NCBI GenBank assembly: GCA_965237955.1
Contig: OZ250169.1
Location: 64,001 to 128,000, forward strand
Direction: 5' to 3'
DNA length: 64,000 nt
DNA from: Candidatus Marinacidobacterales bacterium
GTDB taxonomy: Bacteria > Acidobacteriota > Vicinamibacteria > Marinacidobacterales > SMYC01
Shown here: positions 24,779-34,670 of the stretch, piece after piece
Layout of the letters: each line of letters begins with the position of its first letter
Numbering within the stretch: the stretch's first letter is position 1
Program-made: the position numbers and the translations under genes
The notes under the pieces: model-generated
What the model was told of the DNA's origin: nothing
The model's database searches: none
The model's input: the letters and a program-made list of their open reading frames with translations, nothing else

Positions 24779-26203
24779 ATGCGACGTCAAGCCATGATCG
24801 CCGCGGCGGTTCTTTTCTTGTCGTCGGGGTCTTTGTACGCACAGCCGGCATCGTCTTTGTCCGAGGACGCGAAGGAGTTCGTTAGCTTCGACGCTACAAC
24901 GATCGCGCTCACTCATGTGCTACTGGTCGACGGAACGGGGGCGGCCCCGAAAAAAGACCAGACCATCGTCATCAAAGATGGTGCGATCGCGGCAGTAGGG
25001 GAGTCGTCCCAAGTCAGTATTCCTGTCGGCGCGGAGGTCTTCGACCTCAAGGGTCACACCGTGATTCCGGGCATTGTGGGACTTCATAATCATACTTTCT
25101 ATACGACCAACCGCCGTACTTCCCAGATTAATGTGAGTGCTCCACGACTCTACTTGGCGAGCGGGGTCACGACGATCCGAACAACCGGGGGCTTCTCTCC
25201 GTATAGCGAGATCAACATGAAGCGTTCCATCGAAGAGGGGGAGGCGGTGGGACCTCGCATGCACATCACCGGTCCTTACATCTCGGGACCGGGGTCGCGT
25301 GCCAGCATGGCGCAAGTTTCTACCCCCGAAGACGCGCGGCGCGTGGTTGCCTACTGGGCGGAGGAGGGAGCGACCTGGTTCAAGGCCTATACGCGTATCT
25401 CTCGTGCGGAGCTGGCTGCTGCGATCGACGAAGCGCACAAGCGCGGCCTCAAGTTCACGGGACACCTCTGCTCGGTTTCATTCTCCGAGGCCGTCGACCT
25501 AGGGATCGACAACCTGGAGCACGGCTACTTTACGAATAGTGATTGGCATGCCGGGAAGAAGCCGGACGAATGCCCGACCGATCTCGAGGAAAGCTTGAGA
25601 GATCTCGACATATCCAGCGACGAGGTCCAAGCGACGATCCGACACATGGTGGACAACGGCGTGGCGATGACGTCCACCCTCGCGATCTACGAGCTCTACG
25701 TACCCGGCCGTCCGCCGCTCGAGGACCGGAACCTCCAGGCACTCTCTCCGGGTGCGCGAGAGGAGTACCTCGCAGCGCGGGCAGAGATCGCAGCCGAGGC
25801 AGAAGAGTCGAACATGAAGAACTTGTTTCCGCGCGCCCTGGCATTCGAGTACGCGTTCGTGCAAGCGGGCGGGCTCTTGGCGGCGGGTGTGGATCCCACG
25901 GGGAACGGTGGTGCGCTACCGGGCTTTGGAGATCAGAGAAACTACGAGTTACTCCTTGAGGCAGAATTCACGCCGGTGGAGACCTTCCAGATCATGACCC
26001 TCAACGGCGCGAAGGTCCTCGGCCTGGAAGATCAGATCGGAAGCGTCGAGCCCGGCAAGCTGGCCGACTTGGTGGTCATCAAGGGAGATCCGGTGCAGGT
26101 GCCGTCCGACATTCGCAACGTGGTGACTGTATTCAAGGACGGAGTGGGTTACGATTCGAAAAAACTCATCGACTCCGTGAACGGGCAAGTGGGGCTTCAG
26201 TAA
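24779..26203 (+). CDS. Secreted metal-dependent amidohydrolase
   Basis: PGIVGLHNH, SGVTTIR, LEHG and GKLADLV motifs, signal peptide, GAGGAG RBS. Confidence 0.9.
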   Translation: MRRQAMIAAAVLFLSSGSLYAQPASSLSEDAKEFVSFDATTIALTHVLLVDGTGAAPKKDQTIVIKDGAIAAVGESSQVSIPVGAEVFDLKGHTVIPGIVGLHNHTFYTTNRRTSQINVSAPRLYLASGVTTIRTTGGFSPYSEINMKRSIEEGEAVGPRMHITGPYISGPGSRASMAQVSTPEDARRVVAYWAEEGATWFKAYTRISRAELAAAIDEAHKRGLKFTGHLCSVSFSEAVDLGIDNLEHGYFTNSDWHAGKKPDECPTDLEESLRDLDISSDEVQATIRHMVDNGVAMTSTLAIYELYVPGRPPLEDRNLQALSPGAREEYLAARAEIAAEAEESNMKNLFPRALAFEYAFVQAGGLLAAGVDPTGNGGALPGFGDQRNYELLLEAEFTPVETFQIMTLNGAKVLGLEDQIGSVEPGKLADLVVIKGDPVQVPSDIRNVVTVFKDGVGYDSKKLIDSVNGQVGLQ

Positions 26204-26289
26204 GCTCCGAGTACGATGATGGGTAGACCTGCAATTCTTGTCCCGCTCTTCCTGGCGGCCGTCGATTCATAGGAACTTTGACCGAAGCT

Positions 26290-26580
26290 TCGTGAGTGAT
26301 GACTCGCGCCGAAAACTCGAGCGCGTCGATTTTTTGCAGTGGCGGCGAAAGCTCAATCTGGTCGTGGTGAGAGGATTTGGGAGCGTAGAGAACATGAGGG
26401 CTGCCTGGGCTCCATTGCATTCTGGATAGACTCACGGGGGATCGGAGCATGTAGCGTGCGACGTTTTCGAGAGTTTTTCTCTCACCTGCAGGGATACGAA
26501 CGGAATCATCGATGTTGAAGCCACTCGTGTTCCACGAGAGAAGGAGCTCGATGCGCTCATCGCTCAGAAGCTGACTTCCT
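26290..26580 (-). pseudogene. IS91-family (Y2) transposase fragment
   Basis: Manual translation LLSWNTSGFNIDDSVRI..LENVARYMLRSPVSLSR..DALEFSARVITH matches the IS91-like C-terminal pattern. Confidence 0.65.
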
Positions 26581-26951
26581 CACTACCGAAATCTGGACTC
26601 CCGCGGGTCTGGTCACGTTCTACGTCTTTTTCGTCATTCAACTAAAGACCCTTGGCAGATCGCGAAATGAGCCGATGCAGGAAAGTTGATCCGCTGCCTC
26701 GACGATCGTTGCGCCAAATGGCATGATCTGGTCACATGAACTCCTGATCGTGATTCTTGCAACCGGGGCCGCGGTGTATCTCATGGCGGAGGCGTCGCCG
26801 CTCTCACAAGCTCGGTTCGCCCTCTTCCGCTCGTCAGCCTCGAGCCACGTCTTGAAGCGGCCGGGTTGAAGCGTACGGTGCCGCTCGGTAAAACACCGTT
26901 TCGCTTTCGCTTGACGGTTGACAGCGCCAGCCCTGGCGCACACAAGAAAAG

Positions 26952-26985
26952 AACCGGGGCGCCACCACTAGTGGCGCCCCGGTTT
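26952..26985 (-). terminator. Intrinsic terminator of receptor T2
   Basis: Stem AACCGGGGCGCCAC..GTGGCGCCCCGGTT followed by TCTTTT on the minus strand. Confidence 0.8.
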
Positions 26986-27038
26986 GTGTCGTCCTTGGAG
27001 ACCGAGAGGTTTAGGTCTTGTTTACCTCCCAAGCCTTG

Positions 27039-30026
27039 TTAAAACTGGAAGCGCACTCCGAGTCTCAGGATACGGGGTGTTTCGATCGACGAGACCTGCA
27101 TGAATTGCGGTATGTCGAATTTCAGTGAGGCATAGGACAAAACTCGGTTCGTGTTGGTTACATTAAACACGTCGAGGATGAGCCCGAGCTTCATTCCGTC
27201 CCCGAACGGAAACTGCTTTTCCACTCGGAGGTCGAGGTTGTGTTTGAAGTCGAACCGGCGTAAACCCCTTGGCTCCCCAGCCACATCGATGTTGGTCTCC
27301 ACCACGATATTGGGGTTACCAAGCGGAGCCGGCCTACAACCGCCGCCGCCGCCGCTATGGCCTTTGGGTGGTGCGGAGCCCGTGCGGCAGAGTGGGAAAT
27401 GGCGCACCGTGTAGGCTCCCGGAGCGAGGTCGGCCATGAAAGGTTGGAAGATGTGGATGGGAATACCGGTCGAGCCCTGGTAGAAGCCGCTCACGAGAAT
27501 ATCGTAGGGCAACGTGTAGGTCCCCTGGAGCTTGATCTGGTGGGTAGAGTCCTGGTCCAGCGGTCCTTCCACATTGATGAGCGTATTGGGGTTGTCGTAG
27601 ACAAAGTTTTGGAACGTGGTGCCGGTGAAGTTATTGCCGATGTTGCCGTAGCTGTCCAAGTAGTTGTACGCGGCCAGGAATTGCCAGCCGTCACTGAAGC
27701 GCTTCTGTGCGACAATCTCCAATACGTTGTAGTTTCGGAAAAGTTCCACCCCTGCAAAGGTGGGGTTCGTCATGAATACGACGGTCTGGGCCCCCCGGAA
27801 TTCCGGTTTCAGGGCAAAGATGGTGAGGGGCGAGCCGTCGATTTGGTTGATCACGTCAATCGGGCGGTAATCATTAAACGGGTTTTGTTGGTCTCCTGTT
27901 GTCCGCTTTCTAACCGTATCAAAGAGGTTCTTCTCGCGCTTGAAGATTCCTGCCACAGAGACGACGAAGTCGTTCGTCAACTCATGCTCGAGCTTGATGT
28001 TAAACGAATCTATCCAGGAATTTTCCAAGTCGGGGTCGATGACGTCGTCAAAATCTCTAACAGCGGGGTTCAAGATACGTGAGATAAGCAGTCCCTGCTC
28101 ACCGTCCTGGAATACGAGGTCACCATTCAGGTCGTTCCATTCGTACGTTTCGCTTCCTCCGATTTCGGGTACGGCGACCATGTGGTCCTGGGTGATGAGC
28201 GAATGGTAGTATCGCGAGAAACTGAACTTGATGGAAGTCCTTCGTGCCTCACCCAGCGCATACACCAGACCCAGGCGCGGCGAGAGGTTGTTGAAGTTGA
28301 TGAGGTCGCGGGTCTCCGGGATGGTGGACACGGGGAACCAGCGGCCGCCACCCCGACTCTGCTCGGGAAGCCAGGCTTCCGAGCTCTCCCACCGGAGTCC
28401 CAGGTTCAGGGTGAGCCGATCTCCAATTGTCCATTGGTCTTGCGCAAACACTGAATAGGTGTCAATGTTCCGGGCTTGACTTGTAAGCGGCAGGTTGTCC
28501 AGGCGAACCCGGTAGGCCGCACCAAAGAGAAGTTGTTGCAGGACGTCTTCCCCACCGGGGTAGCCAAACGACCGGTCGCTGTGAGGCCGATCCAAAAAGA
28601 AGCCTGCCTTGATATCGTGTGAGCCACTCGCCATCTCGCGGAAGTGCGAGAGATTAAGGTGAACTCCCCACGTATTCCGGGCCTTCAGACGCCTTTCACC
28701 CTCGACGAGCCCCCCGAATACCAGCTGTGTACCTTGGTCCCTATAGCCGACTGTGAAGTCAGGGTTGTTGGGATAGTCATTATGGTTTCTCTTCCACATC
28801 TGCTTGTACTGTGCTTCGAAAATGGTGTCTTGGTTCACTAGATGCGTGAATTTGATATTTAGGAGGTCCCCCTGATCGTTTTGTGACCTCCAGGTCTCCG
28901 GGGCCGTGTTGTTCTGAAAACCCTGAATGTTTTCCGGAAAAAGAGTTGTGCGCTCGCTATTCCAAGAGCCGCTCAGGAGGCTGTCGCCCACCTGCCCGGT
29001 GACCTTGAAGAAGCCCTGTGTCGTCTCGCGAGTTTGTGGCTCGGTGGGGAGAACGGGTAGTTGCTCCTCCCGGTTCAGCCGACGGATACTGCCGAAGAAC
29101 CAGATAGAATCTCGCTTGATCGGTCCCCCAAAAGTTCCGCCGATCTCCTGGTCCTTGAGTACGCTCGCTTTTGCCCCGAGTTCCTCCTCTAGCTCGGGCG
29201 TGAGGTTGTCCGACTCCAAATCCTCGCCCTGGTAGTAATAGTTGAACGAGCCCGAGAGCTCGTTCCCTCCTGACTTGGTCACGACGTTGAAAACCCCACT
29301 CGAGGCCTGGCCAAACTCCGCGGGAATACCCCCGGTCGTTACTTGGATTTCCTCTATCATGTCTATCGGGATACCGAACGCGAGATGGCCGTACACGATG
29401 TCCATGGCAGCCGCTCCGTCGATGCTGAAAAAGGCCTCCCTGGGCCCGCTCCCGTGAACCGTTGTCCCCCGAAACCCGGCACCTCGCGGAGCGAGATCAG
29501 CTGATTCCTGGACGCCCGGCATCGACTCGATGAGAGCACTAGCACTGCGCCCCAGGGGGATGTTGTCGACGATATTTGTATCGATCGTGATCATCGTCTG
29601 CGAACTCTTGATGTCAACCAGTGGCGTTTCTCCGGTGACGGTAACGGTCTCCTCCACCCCGCCCGGCGACAGTGTCGCATCCACCGCGATTCGCTGCCCT
29701 GCAAACAGTATCACCTGTCGAAAGGTCATCGTTCGAAATCCTGCCAACTCGATCACCACGGTGTAGTCTTGCGACGGCTTCAGCCGCTCGACACGGTACG
29801 TACCCTGATTGGTCGTGGATCGAACCTCGGTCGCGATGTTCTGTGGACTCGAGATCGTCACCGTTGCGCCCGGGACGGCAAGCCCCTGATCGTCCACGAC
29901 CTTGCCGTAGATGATTCCGTCCACCTGCTGCGCGAAGGCCGCCCCGCCGGCCAGCAATAGGGCCAGCGGCACCGCCATCAGGGCGCGCCGTAACAGGCTC
30001 GCATGAGTCATTGCTTTAAATGTCAT
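27039..30026 (-). CDS. TonB-dependent receptor (Oar-like), copy T2, intact
   Basis: Signal peptide, PGATVT..GTYR carboxypeptidase-regulatory domain, plug VVTKSGGN, barrel LTLNLGLRWE, terminal RFQF. GGAGG RBS. Confidence 0.93.
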   Translation of the reverse strand: MTFKAMTHASLLRRALMAVPLALLLAGGAAFAQQVDGIIYGKVVDDQGLAVPGATVTISSPQNIATEVRSTTNQGTYRVERLKPSQDYTVVIELAGFRTMTFRQVILFAGQRIAVDATLSPGGVEETVTVTGETPLVDIKSSQTMITIDTNIVDNIPLGRSASALIESMPGVQESADLAPRGAGFRGTTVHGSGPREAFFSIDGAAAMDIVYGHLAFGIPIDMIEEIQVTTGGIPAEFGQASSGVFNVVTKSGGNELSGSFNYYYQGEDLESDNLTPELEEELGAKASVLKDQEIGGTFGGPIKRDSIWFFGSIRRLNREEQLPVLPTEPQTRETTQGFFKVTGQVGDSLLSGSWNSERTTLFPENIQGFQNNTAPETWRSQNDQGDLLNIKFTHLVNQDTIFEAQYKQMWKRNHNDYPNNPDFTVGYRDQGTQLVFGGLVEGERRLKARNTWGVHLNLSHFREMASGSHDIKAGFFLDRPHSDRSFGYPGGEDVLQQLLFGAAYRVRLDNLPLTSQARNIDTYSVFAQDQWTIGDRLTLNLGLRWESSEAWLPEQSRGGGRWFPVSTIPETRDLINFNNLSPRLGLVYALGEARRTSIKFSFSRYYHSLITQDHMVAVPEIGGSETYEWNDLNGDLVFQDGEQGLLISRILNPAVRDFDDVIDPDLENSWIDSFNIKLEHELTNDFVVSVAGIFKREKNLFDTVRKRTTGDQQNPFNDYRPIDVINQIDGSPLTIFALKPEFRGAQTVVFMTNPTFAGVELFRNYNVLEIVAQKRFSDGWQFLAAYNYLDSYGNIGNNFTGTTFQNFVYDNPNTLINVEGPLDQDSTHQIKLQGTYTLPYDILVSGFYQGSTGIPIHIFQPFMADLAPGAYTVRHFPLCRTGSAPPKGHSGGGGGCRPAPLGNPNIVVETNIDVAGEPRGLRRFDFKHNLDLRVEKQFPFGDGMKLGLILDVFNVTNTNRVLSYASLKFDIPQFMQVSSIETPRILRLGVRFQF

Positions 30027-30205
30027 CGTGTACCTCCACTGAATAGCCCACCCGAACTTGGGTGAGCAGACTATTTCCAAAGGATCGTGTCTTTTGACTT
30101 CTGGAAAAGGTTGAGATCGGCTAACTTGCCGCCCATATTAGCACTTGGGTTTCTGATGCGGATGGCTAGCCCCCTGAGTCCAGGCAGAATAAAATATCCA
30201 CGTAT

Positions 30206-30221
30206 TGCAAGTTAAATGCCA
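30206..30221 (-). promoter_or_regulatory. sigma54 (-24/-12) promoter of T2
   Basis: TGGCATTTAACTTGCA, i.e. GG-N10-GC. Confidence 0.8.
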
Positions 30222-30369
30222 TAGTGAGTACCGAAAGTCAATCCGTAAGTAGCTGGAAATAAGTGGATTAGCAGGCCGACCCATTTTTAAAATGATCCCC
30301 ATGTTCACAAATTTGGTTTTCATCTCGCCGACCGACGATTAAGTTCGGACCCTCTCGATCAGATAATCC

Positions 30370-30385
30370 TCTATATGAGAATAGA
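30370..30385. promoter_or_regulatory. Palindromic upstream site TCTAT-N6-ATAGA (T2)
   Basis: Arms are invariant in T2, T3 and T4 while the spacer varies. 149 bp from the promoter. Confidence 0.6.
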
Positions 30386-30478
30386 TTAGAGGGACTAGCG
30401 ACGGGACGACCCACGATTCAGAATCCTGGATCGGCAGATTCGGGGGATTGGATCTACTCGACGAGTCGGAAGGTCTCC

Positions 30479-30731
30479 CGCTTCCGTTCCGCCGATTGCA
30501 CAAGGTGCATGAGAGTGCGAGGTTGTCCATGGTCGTCTCTCCGCCGTGCTTTTCGGCGATCACGTGATCGACCTGATGGGTAGACGCGACAAAAATCCTG
30601 GTGCACGAGACAGTATCCGCAGCAGCCCCGAGCTCGCTCAACCATCTGACGGCGAATCGCCGCCGACGGTCGGGTCATCCACCTTGTTTCTTGAGCGTCC
30701 TCTCTTTCAGAAGACGCACCAAGTGCTCGAA
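30479..30731 (-). pseudogene. Second degraded copy of the partner-HNH gene pair
   Basis: Near-identical to 20585-20810. Retains DNLALSCTLCNRR and is frameshifted. Confidence 0.8.
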
Positions 30732-30997
30732 TTTCTAGTTCCCCGATGCGCAACTTCAAAAACCGGCTTGTGGACGCCGAGCCGCTGTTCGGCACGGAAT
30801 GCTCTGTGCTCGCTGAGGAGGGCGAGGTGGCTGCCCTTCGTGGGCTGGCAGATTGCTTGTCCAGCAAGGCGCGGGTCAACAGGTTTCGGCGAATCTACTT
30901 CCCTCGCAACCTCTTCTTGAATGATTAGCAGTAGTCACTTCCCGTTTTGCTTTCGCTTGACGGTTGACAGCGCCAGCCCTGGCGCACACAAGAAAAG

Positions 30998-31028
30998 AAC
31001 CGGGGCGCCACTACTGGCGCCCCGGTTT
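30998..31028 (-). terminator. Intrinsic terminator of receptor T3
   Basis: Same GC stem as T1 and T2. Confidence 0.8.
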
Positions 31029-31073
31029 GTGTCGTCCTTCGAGACCTAGAGGTTTACGTCTTCTTTACCCTTG

Positions 31074-34034
31074 TTAAAACGAGAAGCGCACTCCGAGTCT
31101 CAGGATGCGGGGTGTTTCGATCGACGAGACCTGCAGGAATTGCGGTATGTCGAATTTCAGTGACCTATAGGACAAAACTCGGTTCGTGTTGGTTACATTA
31201 AACACGTTGAGGATGAGCCCGACCTTCATTCCGTCCCCGAACAGAATCTGCTTTTCCACTTGGAAGTCGAGGTTGTGTTTGAAGTCGAACCGGCGTAAAC
31301 CCCTTGGCTCCCCAGCCACATCGATGTTGGTCTCCACCACGATATTGGGGTTACCAAGCGGAGCCGGCCTACAACCGCCGCCGCCGCCGCTATGGCCTTT
31401 GGGTGGTGCGGAGCCCGTGCGGCAGAGTGGGAAATGGCGCACCGTGTAGGCTCCCGGAGCCAGGTCGGCCATCAAAGGTTCGAAGATGTGGATGGGAATA
31501 CCGGTCGAGCCCTGGTAGAAGCCGCTCACGAGAATATCGAAGGGCAACGTGTAGGTCCCCTGGAGCTTGATCTGGTGGGGAGCGTCCTGGTCCAGCGGTC
31601 CTTCCCCATTGGTGAACGTATTGGGGTTGTTGTAGACAAAGTTTTGGAGCGTGGTGCCGACGAAGTTATTGCCGATGTTGCCGTAGGTGTCGCTGTAGTT
31701 GTACGCGGCCAGGAGTTGCCAGCCGTCACGGAAGCGCTTCTGTGCGACAATCTCCAATACGTTGTAGTCTCGGAAAAGTTCCCCCGCAAAGGTGGGGTTC
31801 GTCAAGTGGATGACGGACTGGGCCCCCAAGAATTCCGGTTTCAGGGCAAAGATGGTCAAAGGCGAGCCGTCGATTTGGTTGACCACGTCAATCGGGCGGT
31901 AATCATTAAAAGGGTTTTGTTGGTCTCCTGTTGTCCGCCTTCTAATCGTATCAAAGAGGCCCCTCTCGCGCTTGAAGATTCCTGCCACAGAGAGGACGAA
32001 GTCGTTCGTCACCTCATGCTCGAGCTTGATGTGAAACGAATCTATCCAGGAATTTGTCAAGTTGGGATCGACGATGTTCTCTATATCGCTAAAAGAGGGG
32101 TTCAAGACACTCCCGATACGCCTTCCCTGCTCCCCGTCCTGGAATACGAGGTCACCATTCAGGTCGTTCCATTCGTACCTTTCGCTTCCTCCGATATCGG
32201 GTACGGCGACGGAGAGGTCCTGGGTGGCCATCGACTTGTAGAATCGCCCGTAACTGACCTTAATGGAAGTCCTTCGTGCCTCACCCAGCGCATACACCAG
32301 ACCCAGGCGCGGCGAGACGTTGCTGAAGTTGAGGAGGTCGTGGGTCTCCGGGAAGGTGGACACGGGGAACCAGCGGCCGCCACCCCGACTCTGCTCGGGA
32401 ATCCAGCCTTCCGAGGTCTCCCACCGTAGTCCCAGGTTCAGGGTGAGCCGATCTCCAATCGTCCATTGGTCTTGCGCAAACACTGCATAGCTGGTAATGG
32501 CCCGGGCTTGACTTGTAAGCGGCAGGTTCTCCAGGGTAACCCGGTAGGCCGCACCAAAGAGAAGTTGTTGCAGGACGTCTTCCCCACCGGGGTAGACAAA
32601 CGACCGGTCGCTGTTAGGGTTGTTATTAGAGAAGCCTACCTTGATCTCGTGTGAGCCACCCGCCATCTCGCGGAAGTGCGAGAGATTAAAGCGATATCCC
32701 CACGTACACCGGCACTCCAATTTCCTTACACCCTCGACGAGCCCCCCGAATTCCAGCTGTGTACCTTGGTCCCTATAGCCGACTGTGAAGTTAGGGTTGT
32801 TGGGATGCTCATCAGTGCCCGACTTCCAGATCTGGTTGTACTGTGCCTCAAAAATGGTATCTTGGTTCACTAGATGCGTCCATTTGGCGTTGAAGAGGTC
32901 CCTGGAATTGATGCCTCTTTTCCAGGTCTCCGGGGCCATGTTGTTCTGAAAACCGCGAATGCCAATCGGAAATGTATTACTGCGATTGCTATAGTAAGAG
33001 CCGCTCAGGAGGCTCGGGCCCACCTGCCCGGTGACCTTCAAGAAGGTCTGTGTCTCACTCCTAACGCGTGGCTGGGTGGGGAGAACGGGTTGTAGAGTGT
33101 CCGTGCTCTGCCGACGGATATTGCCGAAGAACCAGACAGAATCTCGCTTGATCGGTCCCCCAAAAGTTCCGCCGTAGTCCTGGTCCTTGATTGTGCTCGC
33201 TTTTGACCCGAGTTCCTCCTCTAGCTCGGGCGTGAGGTTGCTCGACTCCAAGTCCTCGCCAAGGTAGTAATAGTTGACCGAGCCCGAGAAGTCGTTCCCT
33301 CCTGACTTGGTCACGAAGTTGAAAACCCCACTCACGGCCTGGCCAAACTCCGCGGGAATACCCCCGGTGGTTATCTGGACTTCCTCTATCATGTCTATCG
33401 GGAGATCGGCCACGAACACGTTGTTCGTGGTGTCCATGGCATTCGCTCCGTCGAGGGTGAAATAGTGCTCCCGGGGCCCGCCCCCGTGAACCGATGTCCC
33501 CCCCATGGATTCGTCCTGGACGCCCGGCATCGACTCGATGAGAGCACTAGCACTGCGGTCCAGGGGGATGTTGTCGATGATATTTGTATCCAGCGTGATC
33601 ATCGTCTGCGAGCTCTTGATGTCAACCAGTGGCGTTTCTCCGGTGACGGTAACGGTCTCCTCCACCCCGCCCGGCGACAGTGTCACATTCACCTCGATGG
33701 CCTGCCCTGCAGCCAGTTCCACCTGTCGATTGGTCATCGTTCGAAATCCTGCCAACTCGACCACCACGGTGTAGTTTTTCGACGGCTTCAGCAACCTGAC
33801 ACGGTACGTACCCTGATCGGTCGTGGTTCGAACCTCGGTCGTGAGGTTCTGTGGACTCGAGATCGTCACCGTCGCGCCCGGAACGGCAAGCCCCTGATCG
33901 TCTATGACCTTGCCGTAGATGGTTCCGTCCACCTGCTGCGCGAAGGCCGCCCCGCCGGCCAGCAATAGGGCCAGCGGCACCGCCATCAGGGCGCGCTGTA
34001 ACAGGCTCGCATGAGTCATTGTTTTAAATGTCAT
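31074..34034 (-). CDS. TonB-dependent receptor (Oar-like), copy T3, intact
   Basis: Same architecture as T2, terminal RFSF, GGAGG RBS before MTFKTM. Confidence 0.93.
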   Translation of the reverse strand: MTFKTMTHASLLQRALMAVPLALLLAGGAAFAQQVDGTIYGKVIDDQGLAVPGATVTISSPQNLTTEVRTTTDQGTYRVRLLKPSKNYTVVVELAGFRTMTNRQVELAAGQAIEVNVTLSPGGVEETVTVTGETPLVDIKSSQTMITLDTNIIDNIPLDRSASALIESMPGVQDESMGGTSVHGGGPREHYFTLDGANAMDTTNNVFVADLPIDMIEEVQITTGGIPAEFGQAVSGVFNFVTKSGGNDFSGSVNYYYLGEDLESSNLTPELEEELGSKASTIKDQDYGGTFGGPIKRDSVWFFGNIRRQSTDTLQPVLPTQPRVRSETQTFLKVTGQVGPSLLSGSYYSNRSNTFPIGIRGFQNNMAPETWKRGINSRDLFNAKWTHLVNQDTIFEAQYNQIWKSGTDEHPNNPNFTVGYRDQGTQLEFGGLVEGVRKLECRCTWGYRFNLSHFREMAGGSHEIKVGFSNNNPNSDRSFVYPGGEDVLQQLLFGAAYRVTLENLPLTSQARAITSYAVFAQDQWTIGDRLTLNLGLRWETSEGWIPEQSRGGGRWFPVSTFPETHDLLNFSNVSPRLGLVYALGEARRTSIKVSYGRFYKSMATQDLSVAVPDIGGSERYEWNDLNGDLVFQDGEQGRRIGSVLNPSFSDIENIVDPNLTNSWIDSFHIKLEHEVTNDFVLSVAGIFKRERGLFDTIRRRTTGDQQNPFNDYRPIDVVNQIDGSPLTIFALKPEFLGAQSVIHLTNPTFAGELFRDYNVLEIVAQKRFRDGWQLLAAYNYSDTYGNIGNNFVGTTLQNFVYNNPNTFTNGEGPLDQDAPHQIKLQGTYTLPFDILVSGFYQGSTGIPIHIFEPLMADLAPGAYTVRHFPLCRTGSAPPKGHSGGGGGCRPAPLGNPNIVVETNIDVAGEPRGLRRFDFKHNLDFQVEKQILFGDGMKVGLILNVFNVTNTNRVLSYRSLKFDIPQFLQVSSIETPRILRLGVRFSF

Positions 34035-34173
34035 CTTGTACCTCCACCGAATATGTCTTTTGACTTCTGGAATAAGGTTGAGATCGGCTAACTTGCCGCC
34101 CATATTAGCACTTGGGTTTCTGATGCGGATGGTTAGCCCCCTGAGTCCATGGCTGAATAAAATATCCACGTAT

Positions 34174-34189
34174 TGCAAGTTGAATGCCA
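34174..34189 (-). promoter_or_regulatory. sigma54 promoter of T3
   Basis: TGGCATTCAACTTGCA. Confidence 0.8.
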
Positions 34190-34336
34190 TAGTTAGTACC
34201 GAAAGTCAATCCATAAGTAGCTGGAAATAAGTGGATTAGCAGGCCGACCCATTTTCGAAATGATCCCATGTTCACAAATTTGGTTTTCATCTCGCCGACC
34301 GACGAGTAAGTTCGGACCCTCTCGATCAGATAGTCC

Positions 34337-34352
34337 TCTATCTCACAATAGA
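34337..34352. promoter_or_regulatory. Palindromic upstream site TCTAT-N6-ATAGA (T3)
   Basis: TCTATCTCACAATAGA, 148 bp from the promoter. Confidence 0.6.
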
Positions 34353-34670
34353 TTAGAGGGACTAGCGACGGGACGACCCACGATTCAGAATCCTGGATCG
34401 GCAGATTCGGGGGATTGGATCTACTCGCGAGTCGGAAGGTCTCTGACCCGTTACTTTCACCTCGTTCCCCGGGACGGAGCGTCCTTTCCCGGCCACGAGA
34501 CGATCGGCAAGAAAACGATGGCCTACAGTCCGACCGGTCGCCTGGGCGCTGGGATGAATCGCCCGAGCTGGCTCGACCGCTGGCCATCCCTAGGCTGGGC
34601 GGCAGCGAGCTGTCCGAGATTTGAAGATCGGGCCGGAACAGCTCAGGCAAATCGGACCGAAGACAAAGAA

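Noticed and set aside
27340-27358. (CCG)n tract as a phase-variation switch
   Set aside because: It is an in-frame triplet encoding GGGGG and has the same length in T1, T2 and T3.
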